Below are positions 28,104-40,180 of a stretch of DNA of 64,000 bases, in pieces; position 1 is the stretch's first letter, and each line of letters begins with the position of its first letter. The notes under the pieces are model-generated. The model was not told where the DNA came from. It searched no databases and saw nothing but the letters and a program-made list of their open reading frames with translations. Source of the stretch: Octopus sinensis. Lineage: Eukaryota. A program made the translations under genes and the position numbers. The stretch spans positions 13,206,001 through 13,270,000 of the forward strand of contig NC_043008.1 in the NCBI RefSeq assembly GCF_006345805.1, given 5' to 3'.

Positions 28104-29470
28104 CATAGGATGAAAGGATGAAATGCCGGAAATATATATTCACATAGGGTGAAAGGATGAAATGCCAGATATATATATATATAAAAACTATGTCACTGTA
28201 TGAAAAAAATTTATAACATTCTTCTGACATAATGACTCAAATATATTTTTTAACCTTTTAAAACAAGCCTTCTGTAGTTTTTTCACGTTTTACTATTTTA
28301 TATATATATATGTACGGGCATTTCATCCTTTCATCCTATGTAATTACCTTTGGAAATAATGTCTAATTATTGCAAAAATAAAACGAATTTTACTTCTTTT
28401 GATTTGGAATTCACTTCTTAAACGTAATTATTTCCAGAGTGCCTTCATCTGGTCGACTTTGCTCGGATATTCTTAACCTACGCACGCTCTCCGTCTCGGG
28501 TCAACATTAGTTGGTGGATGCCTTTAGAGAATCTTCTTGTATCTCTGGTAACTTTATCTACATACGGTGTGGTCGGATATCTAGCTCGGGTACAGCCATG
28601 GATTGGATTGGCATCCACTGCAGTAGGTTACTTGCCAGCTTTTGGTTAGCTCGTCAGGAATGACCCGCAAAGCGCAAGCGCTCTTCTAATATAGAGGTGG
28701 AAGAGCGAAAGAATCTCCATACAGTTGTTTCTTGGTGGGATGAGCTCCCCGTGTATGTTTGAGACTGTTCCTGATATTAGAGTGTAAGTTCTATTCTAGG
28801 TTGGATTCCAGTCTTTTGTTAAGTATCCTGGCTGTTGCTCTATATAAATGGGGAAAAAATTACTCTTAAGGTTGTCTGACAGGATTAATTTCCTAACAAC
28901 ATCCATGTTCTAAGGCCGACAATACTTTGACTGTCCAAGTTTTTGCAACATTTTCAGTTGTGTCTGTCTCAGAACTAAAGTATGCGAAATCCTCAACACG
29001 ATGGATGGGATATTAGCTGATGTTGGTGATGGATCATTCTTGATTCCAATCAATGAATTTAATTTTATTAGGATTAACAAGTAGTCCGCCATTATATGCA
29101 GCTAATTCTAGGCTTTGAAGTAATTGGCTGGATTTTCATGTTGTGTAAGAGAGCAAGGCTAAACCATCAGCATAGACTACATCCATTATGTTTTTGAACT
29201 GGATGACCATTTCACTCAGTATGAATCCAAATGTAATGTTATCTCACGTTTTTGTTTCCGAAGCAACGTTTGTAGTAACATCTTGGGATATTTCATTTAA
29301 TTATTCATTTGAATGTATTTTAATAATTATCTTTACTTAATCCTAAAGTTTTATACGTGGTCCACGTTATTTTCATAAATGAATTAATAGCTGCTTATTT
29401 TAGTTGCTGTAATAACGAATTGATATATCACATAAGCAATTGCACATTTGGTAGGCACTTCATATATATA

Positions 29471-29516
<46 letters not shown>

Positions 29517-29578
29517 GGGCATTTCATCCTTTCATCCTATGTAATTACCTTTGGAAATAACGTCTAATTATTGCAAAA
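27642..29578 (+). repeat. Local duplication of a two-block unit with (TA)n spacers and short inverted modules
   Basis: 27642-27840 matches 29239-29437 (199 bp); 28313-28377 matches 29514-29578 (65 bp). The inverse of CGGGCATTTCATCCTTTCATCCTATGT occurs at 28103-28127 and 28142-28166. Confidence 0.85.
28430..29200 (-). pseudogene. Decayed RTE-clade LINE 3' fragment
   Basis: Minus-strand translation IMDVVYADGLALLS..QLLQSLELAA..GLLVNPNKIKF..VEDFAYF..HPTKKQLYG..LRFAGHS..RA parallels the 46-48 kb RT (FADDIALIS, LLQSLEQAS, HPTKMQIYG, QFAGHCCRA). Confidence 0.8.
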
Positions 29579-29812
29579 GTAAGGAGAACAATTGTGAAGA
29601 CCTCCGTGTGAACTATACAAGTCATCGTAATTTCACGATCGTTCCTCCCTCATATATTTACAGCAAGTTAGTAGTATTTTACGAGTATGATTGCTTTGTT
29701 TTTCCTGAATTCTCTTTTCTTACACGTTGGAATTTTCCCTTTTTTGTTTGTTTGTTTGCGTGATATAAATTAATAAATGGTATTAGCGTGGGTTTAATAT
29801 TAAGGTTTCTAT

Positions 29813-30240
29813 AAGGCGGCGAGCTGGAGCTGGCTGAAACGTTATCACGCCTGGTGAAATGCTTATCGAGCTGGCAGAAACGTTAGCACGCCGGGCCAAA
29901 TGCATACCGGTATTTCGTCTGCCATTACGTTGTTAGTTCAAATTCCGCCAAGGTCGACTTTGCCTTTCATCCTTTCGGGGTCGATAAATTAAGTGCCAGT
30001 TACGCACTGGGGTCGATGTAATTGACTTAATATCTATGTCTGTCCTTGTTTGTCCTCTCTATGTTTAGCCCCTTGTGGGTAATAAAAAATAGGTATTTGG
30101 TCTGTCTATATGTTCTGAGTCCAAATTCCGCCGAGGTTGACTTTGCTTTTCATCCTATCGGGGTCGATAAATTAAGTACCATTTGACTGGCCACCTCCCC
30201 CAAAATTTCGCGCCGTGTGCCTAGAGTAGGAAACAATATT
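29813..30240 (+). mobile_element. SINE family D dimer with reiterated head
   Basis: Repeated GAGCTGGC(A/T)GAAACGTTA head, two core blocks, tail type 1 then tail type 2; AATATTAAGGTTTCTATA repeated at 29796 and 30235. Confidence 0.9.
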
Positions 30241-31019
30241 AAGGTTTCTATAGAAATTTCGCTTATAGTATTTTATGGCGTCGTTGAAAAACGTTCTCAT
30301 AGAAATTGGGAAAAGACAAACCTGAAGCAGAAACAAAGTAGGAAGTGATTGTCATTGATGATGTCAAGAATGGCGACGACAGGACTTTGTCAAGCATAAT
30401 TGATTTTGTTGATTTACAGAACGGTTAATCATACTGTTGATTATTTAATTAGTTAAATAACCAATTGACAATAACTAACAACGACGTGAAATAGATCCAG
30501 CGCGTGTGTTGTTATTCAATATCAAGACCATACTCTACAGACACAACAAAGCATGTTTCAACGAACGTAACCATATTATGAATCTTGCAAAATAAATACA
30601 AAGTCGAACAATTTTATATATATATATATAGGAGATGTACTCGCATAGCAAGTGCTTTGATGTGAGATCGTGTGCTGAAACGAAAACAATTGCAGCGTGG
30701 AAGGTGTTTGTAAGCCATTTAAGAATCACACAAAAGCCGTTCGATTCACTTCAACATTTAGGTTTAATTTGTCAAGATTTTATGCTTTAACCTTTCTCTT
30801 TATTCAATTATAATTTTTCCAATTATAATTATTTTTCTGCATACATTGTCAAAGTTAACTAATTATTATGTCCAAGACATTAACCTTAGTCGCTTTAAAA
30901 TTGCAACAAGTAATAGATTGAGAAAATTTGCATATTATTTCATTATTCATGTGGTTTTCCTACACATTCGTTTCGTTCTTGTAATGTCTTTATATTCCAT
31001 TTGTTTCTGTCATTGGCGA

Positions 31020-31170
31020 ATTGTCATGCTGTAGCACAGCCTTGACAAATTTTTAGTCAAACAAATCGGCCCCAGTAATTAGTTTTTACAGCTATCATTC
31101 TCTTTTGCCGAGCCACAAAATTATGGAGATATAAATACACCAACAGTGACTGCGAAGCGGTGAGGCGTAA
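31020..31170 (-). mobile_element. Degenerate SINE family A-related 3' half
   Basis: CATGCTGTAGCAC..AGTCAAACAAATCGGCCCCAG..CTCTTTTGCCGA..ACACCAAC resembles the reverse complement of the A tail. Confidence 0.6.
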
Positions 31171-31229
31171 CAAACATACATACATACATACGCACATACA
31201 CATACATACACAAATATGCATATCTTTCA

Positions 31230-31440
31230 GTATGTGACCTCGTCTGTACCACTAGCGATTTTTTTCCTCTGTCTTCCCTTCTCTGGATCTTTCCTTCTCC
31301 TATGTTTCCCACGAAGAGCTCCGCTCGAAACGTTAAACCCTCCTTCTTGCCTTCTTTCCTGAGCGTCCAATAATACTTTATTTGTTCCACGTCCTTGCGT
31401 TGTTGTGTTTTTTTGTTTTTGTTTTCTTGTTTGGATTAAC
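31230..31440 (+). mobile_element. Probable Penelope-associated terminal fragment with decayed hammerhead-like motif
   Basis: GTTT-CCCACGA-A-GAGC-TCC-GCTC-GAAA-CGTT-AAAC at 31304-31338 has hammerhead topology but a mutated CUGANGA. Confidence 0.45.
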
Positions 31441-31445
31441 TATAC

Positions 31446-31510
<65 letters not shown>

Positions 31511-31517
<7 letters not shown>

Positions 31518-31826
31518 AGAGATGAGGAATTCTATACATTATTTACATTTGACGGATATTTGTCCGCATCCTGTTTGTTGTTAACACACGGGCATATGGC
31601 GTAGTGGTTAAAAGCGCGGGCTACTAACCCCAGGATTCCGAGTTCGACTACAGGCAGAGACCTGAATAATAATAATGATGATAATAACATAGATAAATAC
31701 TTCAGGAATGGGAACCCTGGTTCGAAGTTTCCCCCAAGACACCTGATGAAGGATGGAGGGCATATCAACGAAAACGTTCTGTTAACTACAAAGATGAGGA
31801 CAAATATCCGTCTAATGTAAATAATG
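31511..31826 (+). mobile_element. tRNA-head/(TAA)n/hammerhead retroelement with inverted tail copy at its 5' side
   Basis: Inverted tail 31511-31588; tRNA-like head 31590-31665 (A-box TGGCGTAGTGG, B-box GTTCGA); (TAA)n; CTGATGA at 31743 with a damaged stem II; tail GTTAACTAC..GATGAGGACAAATATCCGTC..TGTAAATAATG. Homologous to 56977-57520. Confidence 0.75.
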
Positions 31827-31892
31827 CACACACACGCACATGCACATACATACATACATACATAGATATATACATATATACATATATATATC

Positions 31893-31929
<37 letters not shown>

Positions 31930-31993
31930 AATCCAAACGGGAAACAAAAAGACAACAACAATGGAACAATTACAGTATTATTATTAATAGGCG

Positions 31994-32053
<60 letters not shown>

Positions 32054-32269
32054 ATAATATATATATGACAAAATTTCATTTGGCGTCTGGTATATCCACG
32101 AGAAAATGTTTTAATTGTTTTGTGGTTATAGTAGAAGACGATAGACCAATGATCCACAGAGTGGAAATGGACCCGAAAAATGTGGCTGAGTATTAAACTT
32201 CTGACCGCAAAACACCTTGCCTGCGCCTATGTAGACACACACACACACACACACACACATACACACATA

Positions 32270-32301
<32 letters not shown>

Positions 32302-32320
32302 CATATCGATAGATGGATAC

Positions 32321-32369
<49 letters not shown>

Positions 32370-32371
32370 AA

Positions 32372-32406
<35 letters not shown>

Positions 32407-33534
32407 CAAAAATGGGACAAGAACGCAAAAAAGGAACAACAAAATATCCAGACAGATGATACAATGAAAACAAGGACGGATCATTCGGAGTTTTCTTTCC
32501 TCTGTCGAATTCCAGATAATCTTTGCAATTTCGGCTGGTTATATTCGAGATCGCTCCAACCTGGCCAGCCCCAAGGGAAATCTAAGAGCATTAGATTCCA
32601 TAGAAGAAAACAGGGAATGTATACGAAAACAACGACGGAAAAAAACGGAGAATGTTACACAAATATAAACTCAAGTAACAGGACATAACAACAGGTGTCT
32701 TTCGACTAAGGACGAATTAAATTAAGCTGGCATGTGTGGAAGTAACGCCTTATGGCAGGAACATGCTGAGGCATTCGGCCTGCAGTGGACTGGACTAGGG
32801 CAATCCAAAATCCAGTCGAATCCTACCACTTAAGGTTCACAAGTTCGAAAGAAAAATAAGAAAATATGTTTTAAATTTCGTTTTTTTAAAATTTCTCCCG
32901 GCAGAACACATAGCGTAAGGATGTAAGACAAAATAACATAATAAATGTCTATGCCGATTGGCATCGTTATAATTCGATCATAATTACTGAAGTGAAAGCT
33001 TGTTGGCTACGTTCAGAGCAATGCCAGTCTGCAAAATACTTTTAGTTCTCATTTCACATATCGGCATAGCATTCTACCATTATAAATGACATTACGAATG
33101 ACATTATCTAGCTTCAGTTACATTTCTAATATTTATAGAAAATCCTGAAGCTTACGAATAACAGAATGAAATCACCCGCGAAAATGCAGTTATCATGAGA
33201 TTACAATATATTAAGATTAAAGTAATAAATCAAACAGTGGTAAATCTAATATATTTACTTTAATAAATATTGATATTTGTTTAATGACTCTTCTAATCAT
33301 ATAAGAGCTGAATCTTTCAAATAGCAAGACCACCATATAAGCTGTCGGTTTCCACTACATTGATTTGAAATAACGATTTACTCACAACTCTAAGCATAAG
33401 TAAAGTATACGTGAGGATACGATATTTCGCTATGAGTTATTATACCTTAAGTTCTAAACTACCGAACAGTTTTCATCTGAATTTAATAATGATAGTTAAG
33501 ACCATATATTTCAATTATCTTTACCGTTCATCTT

Positions 33535-33920
33535 GTTTCAGTCGTTGGACACTGGTCATGCTGGGGCATGGCATTGAATGGTTTTGTCGAAAAATCGTCT
33601 CAAGAACTTGTGCTTTTAGGGTTTCTTACTTATTCTATCGGTCTTTTAACTCAACTACGAAGTGATGAGGAAATAAAAACAGCTTTTTTAAAAATTACTT
33701 TTGTAATATAATGGGTTTTATATCCAAGTGTAGGGTGATGTGCTGGCAAAATTATTAGCACACCAGGTTTAATACCTGGCGGCATTTCATCCATCTTTCG
33801 CCGAGGTTGACTTTGTCTTTCATCCTTTCGGGGTCGATTCATTAAGTACCATTTCATTACTATGTTCAATGTCATAGAATTACCCCTTAACTAAAATTCC
33901 TGCCCTAGGGCCAAAATTTG
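33535..33920. mobile_element. Degenerate SINE remnants (A-related 3' half on minus, 33535-33650; D on plus, 33740-33920)
   Basis: CTTGTTTCAGTC..CATGCTGG..TTATTCTATCGGTC, and GCCGAGGTTGACTTTGTCTTTCATCCTTTCGGGGTCGAT. Confidence 0.65.
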
Positions 33921-34762
33921 AAACTACATGTCGAAGTATAATTATATATTTGACATCCAAGTATAATTATGTGTTTGACGCAGCTAAACAGCATTTATGA
34001 TTAGTCACTGAAGTTCAAAATGTAAATAATACATTTTTCTTTATTTCGTACTGAAATTTAGGAGTTAAACAGAGGCCCTGACTATTTTACGAGCCAGCGG
34101 AAGGAGGAAGGAATTTAACTTCAGTGTGGATACCTGGCGTGAGAATCTGCAATATTAAATACACCCGTAATGTATGTACTGATCTGAAATTCGATGACAG
34201 CTTAAATCCACCCCTCTGGAAATTATCTGTTGCAACAATGAGAATAACTATGAGGATTTAGTAGCGGATTACATCTACTTATGACTTTCCTGGCAACTAC
34301 CTATTCACAGCTTTGCAAATATTCATTTGCCCTTTACTTAAATATCTTCAATAGCTTTAGATTACAAGATTGAGACGACAATCTAAGAAATCTCAAGTGA
34401 TAGCTATATCGGATACAATCCCTGTACATGCGATAATGTTTTTAAAACACATACGAAAACATATTAATATATTCACTTGCCTGGTTTTCTCCCTAGGGTC
34501 ATTTTACACGTTAACGCAAATTGATAGCATATTTGTCTAACCCAGCTGCGATGCAGATCACTCCTCCCGTCATCCATATTGTTCATATATTACATTTGTC
34601 CTTCGAATATCTCTGTTGAACTGCTCCATTTGAGTTTTAAGTTTTCATTCCATTGATCTTTGTCCATTCATTTTTTCCTTGCACTTTAATGCTAAGTATT
34701 TCTACTGCATTCGATATTGCGCAATGTACGATGTCAATTAGATGCGTTATATATTCAACATG

Positions 34763-35104
34763 TGAAGGCGCATGGCTCAGTGGTTAGAGCGTCGAGCTTA
34801 CGATCGTGAGGTTGTGAGCTCGAATCCCGGACCGGGCTCCGTGTTGTGTTCTTGAGCAAGACACTTTATTTCACGTTGTTCCAGTTCACTCAGCCATAGA
34901 AATGAATTGCAACGTCACTGGTGCCAAGCTGTATCGGCCCCTTTGCCTTTCCCTTAGATAACACTGGTGGCGTGGAGAGGGGAGGCCAGTATGCCTGGGC
35001 GACTGCTGGTCTTCCATAAAACCACCTTACCCAGACTTGTGACTAGGAGGGTAACTTTCTAGGTGCAATCCCATGGTCAGTGTCGTGACCGAAGTGGGTC
35101 CCAG
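34763..35104 (+). mobile_element. tRNA-derived SINE family C with 12-bp TSD
   Basis: Head GCGCATGGCTCAGTGGTTAGAGCG..GCTCGAATCCCGG; ATATTCAACATG at 34751 and 35105. Confidence 0.93.
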
Positions 35105-35786
35105 ATATTCAACATGATCGTATAACACATCTAATTTTGCTCATTTTCGACTCCTCTCAACGTTTTGTTATCGCACATGTTTCAAGCTTCTTTAATAGAT
35201 TCATAAAAGTCGGCGCCTAACCAAAACTGAAGGAATTAGGGAAGAGAGTGGGGAAAGAAAAAATATAGAGAGAGCCAAAAAGCCTCAGTACGAGATGGTT
35301 ACTTTATTTATCGACTAGAAAAATGGAGAAACAATATTCGTCTATGTATACTCATGTGTGTGTGTCTGTGTTTCCCAATCAGAGTGATTGCGCTCGTGTA
35401 ATTTTAAGTGTGCAAAACTAAACGTGAAAAATACCATTCATTAGTTGTGTATACGTTATTCTTTGAGATTTCACCGCTAAAAATTATGTTGCCCGTAAGG
35501 TATGAGCCATTGATTGGAAATTATCGCTAGGATAAAAGATATCTTCCAACTGAACATAGAATGAATAGCGTATATAACGATCCAAACGACAAACTATAAA
35601 CGAAAAAATTATGTTACGCTTTATCTGATGCCAACTGGCAAAGCATGCGATATTTTACTGCCAACTATCGTTCCATTGTCGCTTTATCATCACATTCGCA
35701 GGCAATATTATGAAACAAGCGAAAGGGATAATTGAATTTAGTCTTGGCACATGTAGACTTTAATGTATAAGCAAAGGTACAGTTTA

Positions 35787-35893
35787 TTAAATTGACTCCT
35801 TTGTACTATTGCGACTTTTATTATTGATCAGGTCAATCTTGGAAGGATTTGAATAGACACCATCGAGCAGCATCGTATTTGATAATGAAATAC
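35787..35893 (-). CDS. Candidate terminal exon (GISLSNTMLLDGVYSNPSKIDLINNKSRNSTKESI*)
   Basis: Minus-strand acceptor GTTTTATTCCACAG|G, open to TAA, AATAAA at the stop. No homology recognised. Confidence 0.2.
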
Positions 35894-36532
35894 CTGTGGA
35901 ATAAAACAGGAGAATTCGATAAATTGTGTAAGAATGTTCTGCAAAATTTATATATGTAAACCGAAAGCAGGTACTTGATAAGAGAGGATAATCTATTAAA
36001 TGCATTTATGTAAATAACCCAAGAGAAGAGAGCAAGAACTGTCCACACAACGACCAATGGAAATATAAATAATACAAAAATTATATGACGAAAATATAAA
36101 ACCAACCGCTTCCCTCAAAATGTCTGTATACTTAAAAATATATATTTACAAAATATGCATTTTATGTAAGATATACACTGCGTATCTGGCATGGGTTGTG
36201 AACGGGGATAAATATTAACGTACTATATTTCTAAAACTTTAGAAATACTAATTTATCATACTTCAATGGTTTATCCATTTATAGAGATTATCTTGGAAGA
36301 AATATGATTATAGTAACGTTTGACAATCACTAGTTCTGCCTATTTATCTGTATATCTATATATCTATTTCTGCTTTTTTTCTGACTGTTTCTACGTATGT
36401 TTGTGCGTTTATGCATGTATCTACACACATATCTAATATACAAACATATATAGTTATATATGTATATAATTGTTTCCCTCCCCTCTCTTTCTCTCGCTCT
36501 CTGTCTACACACACATACACACGAACACACAC

Positions 36533-36574
<42 letters not shown>

Positions 36575-36578
<4 letters not shown>

Positions 36579-36945
36579 ACGCTCTGAGCTCAAATTCCGC
36601 CGAGGTCGACTTTGTCTTTCATCCTTTCGGGGTCGATAACTTAAGTACCAGTTACGTACTGGCGTCGAGGTAATCGACTTAATCCCTTTTGTCTGTCGTT
36701 GTTTGTCCTCTCAGTGTTTAGCCCCTTGTGAGCAATAAAGAAATAAGAAACGTTAGCACGCCGGGTGAAATGCTTGGCGGTATTTCGTCCGTCTTCTCGC
36801 TCTGAGTTCAAATTTCACTGAGATCAACTTTACCTATCATTCTTTCGGGATCAACAAAAGAAGTACCAGTTGAGTACTGAGGTTGATGCAATCGACTTAC
36901 CCATTTCCTTGAAATTTCTGGCCTTGTGGCAAAATTTCAAATCAA
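36575..36945 (+). mobile_element. SINE family D, 5'-truncated unit plus second diverged unit
   Basis: Core CAAATTCCGCCGAGGTCGACTTTG..GGGGTCGATAA with tail 1, then head GAAACGTTAGCACGCCGGG with tail 2. Confidence 0.85.
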
Positions 36946-37396
36946 TATGTATACGTGGAATAGTAAGCGGATAAAGATGGCCGAACTATTACAACGCATA
37001 AATTCTATTGTTGACTGCTCCTCCTCTGTTCTTGTTGTAAATTAAGAAGTGATATATATCTGTATCATGTACAGTCAACTAGCTGCTTCCCATCATGTTT
37101 ATAAGCATTCGTTTCTGTATGCCATTTTGTGTGTGGATATGTACGTATAAATACTGATACATACGTATACATACACATACTCATGTATAGATATATGTGC
37201 GAGTATGCGTGCGATCGTAGAAAAGTGCACACCGACATACGTACACTCGCTCGCAAAAAAAAATGCACAAACATAATTATATATGTATGTATGTACGCTT
37301 ATATGCGCGCATATAAATCAGCGTACATTGATTATAAACATACAACCATTACAATACAAACGGACATATATATATATATATATATATATAGAGTAT

Positions 37397-37442
<46 letters not shown>

Positions 37443-37461
37443 ATATATCGAGTATATATAT

Positions 37462-37492
<31 letters not shown>

Positions 37493-37602
37493 CTCGATAT
37501 ATGTGTGTTTAACGATTTTGTGGTGCATCGATAAAATATCCAGTGAATTTTGTAAAATGATGTTTAGTGGAGAAAAAATATATATATATAAATAAATAAA
37601 TG

Positions 37603-37655
<53 letters not shown>

Positions 37656-38062
37656 GTATATATATATATATGTATATATATATATAAATAGCCCAACAAA
37701 GCTAGATATAAGTATATAGAATCTACAATAATATTCTCTATTCACAATGCTATTAAGTGTCCAAATATTCTATGGAAGGCCCAAAGGGCAAGAAAAATCA
37801 ATATGTTGGAGTGAGCGGCGTATAATTATATTGTAAAGAACAAGAAACAAAGGAGTCTACTGCAAAAAGAAAAGTAAACTCGAAAAAACCCTTGCGCATA
37901 AGAGTAACAATTGAATTTCTCAGGAGAGAAATTTTAATTTATAACAAGGAATTATATATTATGTATGTCATATATTGCATTTATAAATCTTTTGTTTGTT
38001 GATTGAGATATTGTTGTAGTTGTTGTTGTTGGTTTTTCGATGAATATATTTATACATATATA

Positions 38063-38105
<43 letters not shown>

Positions 38106-38539
38106 GTATACGTATATGAACACACACACAAATGCAAATAAATCCGTATTCATATGCATATATACTAGTGTGTAGATTTATATACGAGTGAGAACAGAAA
38201 CGAAAAAAAGGTGCCGAACACGTTTAGTAGAATTTACATCTATTATATAAAGCAGGTTGATTCGGTTCAATCCAACTTAAAGGTTCTCGTGCCTCTAACA
38301 CATACCTGTCTCTTAAATTCAGTATTCAAAGAATGAGGACACGGTCTTCGGTATAAGGCCTGAGAAACTGTATGTCGCAGGAGTAACCCATAGAATAAGT
38401 ACTAGGCTTACAAAGAGTAAGTCCTGGGGTCCATTTGATTGACTATAACAGCGTTGCCCCAACATAGCCGCAATCAGATAACTAAAACAAGTAAAAGAAT
38501 CAAAGAATATTGAACCAGTATTTCCTTGGAGGTAACCAT

Positions 38540-38571
<32 letters not shown>

Positions 38572-38859
38572 AGACATACCTCCCAACCACATATATAAAC
38601 GCACATACATATAATCCTGCTATTCTCCATTCTCTGCACCAATATATGCATAAGCAGAATGTAGAACGTGAAAGGTGGTAGGATTGAATAGTACAGCGCG
38701 ATTCATCTATATATATATATATATATATAGAACCGGTTCGAACAGCTTCCCTTACGAGGAACCAACAAACGTGATAACAATAGTTAAACAGAAATAATAA
38801 TAACAACAAACATTACGGTAAACCAAAAAGCAGTACTCTGTTGAAGATATAGGCCTTTA

Positions 38860-40180
38860 TGGGCCGGACCGGTCGGTTCCATTCGAACAGGTCCGATCCG
38901 AACCGGTTCGCACCAGTCCGGTTCGAACCTGACCGAATCAAACCGGACCAAACCTGACAGGACCGAACCGGATCGAACCAAACCGGACCAAACCAAACCG
39001 AACCAAACCGGACCGATCCAAACTGAACCAAGTCAGACCAAACCGGTTGAAACAGGATCAAACCACCCCAAACCGGTTCAAATCGGATCAAACAGGTTCG
39101 AACTGGTCCAACCGGTTCAGACCGGTTCAAACCGGTTCAAACCGGTTCAAACCAGTTCAAACCGGGTCAATCCGGTTCAAACCGGTTCAATCCGGTTCTA
39201 ATCGGTTCAAACCGGTTCAGACCAAACCGGTTCGAAATGGATCAAACCGGTTCAAACAGGTACAAACGTTACAAACCGGTTCAAACCGGTTCAATCCTGT
39301 TCAAACCGGTTCAAACCGGTTAAATCCGGTTCAACCGGTTCAATCCGGTTTAAACTGGTTCAAACAGGTTCAATCCGGTAAAGGTCACAAAATATTGGTC
39401 CAAACCGGACCAAACAGGACCGATCGAAACCGAACGAAATCAGACCTAACTGGACCAAACCATTGCAAATTGGATCAAACCGGTACGAACCGGATCAAAC
39501 CGGTCCGACCGGTTCAAACCGGTTCAGTCCGGTTCAAACCGGTTTAAACTGGATTAAACTGGTTCATACCGGATCAAACCGGTCCAAAATAAATATTGGT
39601 CCAAACCTGACCAAACCGGTTCAAGCCGGAACAAACCGGTTTGCACTGGATTGATCAAATTTGAACCGGTTTGGTCCGGATTGAACCGGTTTGATCCAGT
39701 GTAAATGCGTTTGGTCCGGTTTGGTCTGATTTGGTTCGGTTTGGATCGGTCCGATTTGGACCAATATTTAGTGACCGTTTGAACCGGTTTGAACTGTTTT
39801 GATCCGGTTGGACCCTTTTGATCCGGTTTGAACCGTTTTGGTCCGGCTTTGGGCGGTTTGTTCTTGCACAAACTGGTTCAATTGAACCGGTTTGGCCCAG
39901 TTTGAACCGGATTGAACCGGTTCGAACCGGTTTGATCCGGTTTGGGGCGGTTTGGTCCGGTTTGGACTTATATTTTTTTACCTTCACTTTCCTTTAAAAA
40001 TTGGAACGAACTTTCCGGACAACCCAGTAAAAACATAACGGATTGAACCGGTTTAAACTGGATTGAACCGATTTGGACCGGTTTGACCCTGTTCGAACCG
40101 GTTTGATCTGGTCTACGGTGATTTGATCCTGTTTGAACCGGTTTGGTCCGGTTTGGTTCGGTTTGGTCTGGTTTGGTTCG
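38860..40180. repeat. AACCGGTT/CCGGTTCAAA-based low-complexity array arranged as a large imperfect palindrome
   Basis: CAAACC-oriented words to ~39650, GGTTTG-oriented after. The block GGTCAC.AAATATTGGTCCAAA at ~39384 has its inverse TTTGGACCAATATTT.GTGACC at ~39756. Roughly 30 perfect AACCGGTT by manual count. Confidence 0.93.
39968..40027 (+). mobile_element. Isolated right end (TIR) of the mellifera-like mariner family
   Basis: CCTTTAAAAATTGGAACGAACTTTCCGGACAACCCAG-TA matches 15645-15683 CCTTTAAAAATCGGCACGAAGTTTCCAGACAACCCAA-TA. Confidence 0.75.

Noticed and set aside
31590-31665. Functional tRNA genes (also the SINE heads at 17388, 34763, 50560)
   Set aside because: A/B boxes are present, but there is no convincing cloverleaf, and each continues into repeat-family body sequence.
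32500-32590. Minus-strand GGCTGG..CCAGCC-GAAA as a hammerhead
   Set aside because: No CUGANGA upstream of the stem.
39047-39987. PVQTGSNRFK-repeat ORFs
   Set aside because: They arise on both strands from the stop-poor 10-bp repeat and have no unique coding flanks.
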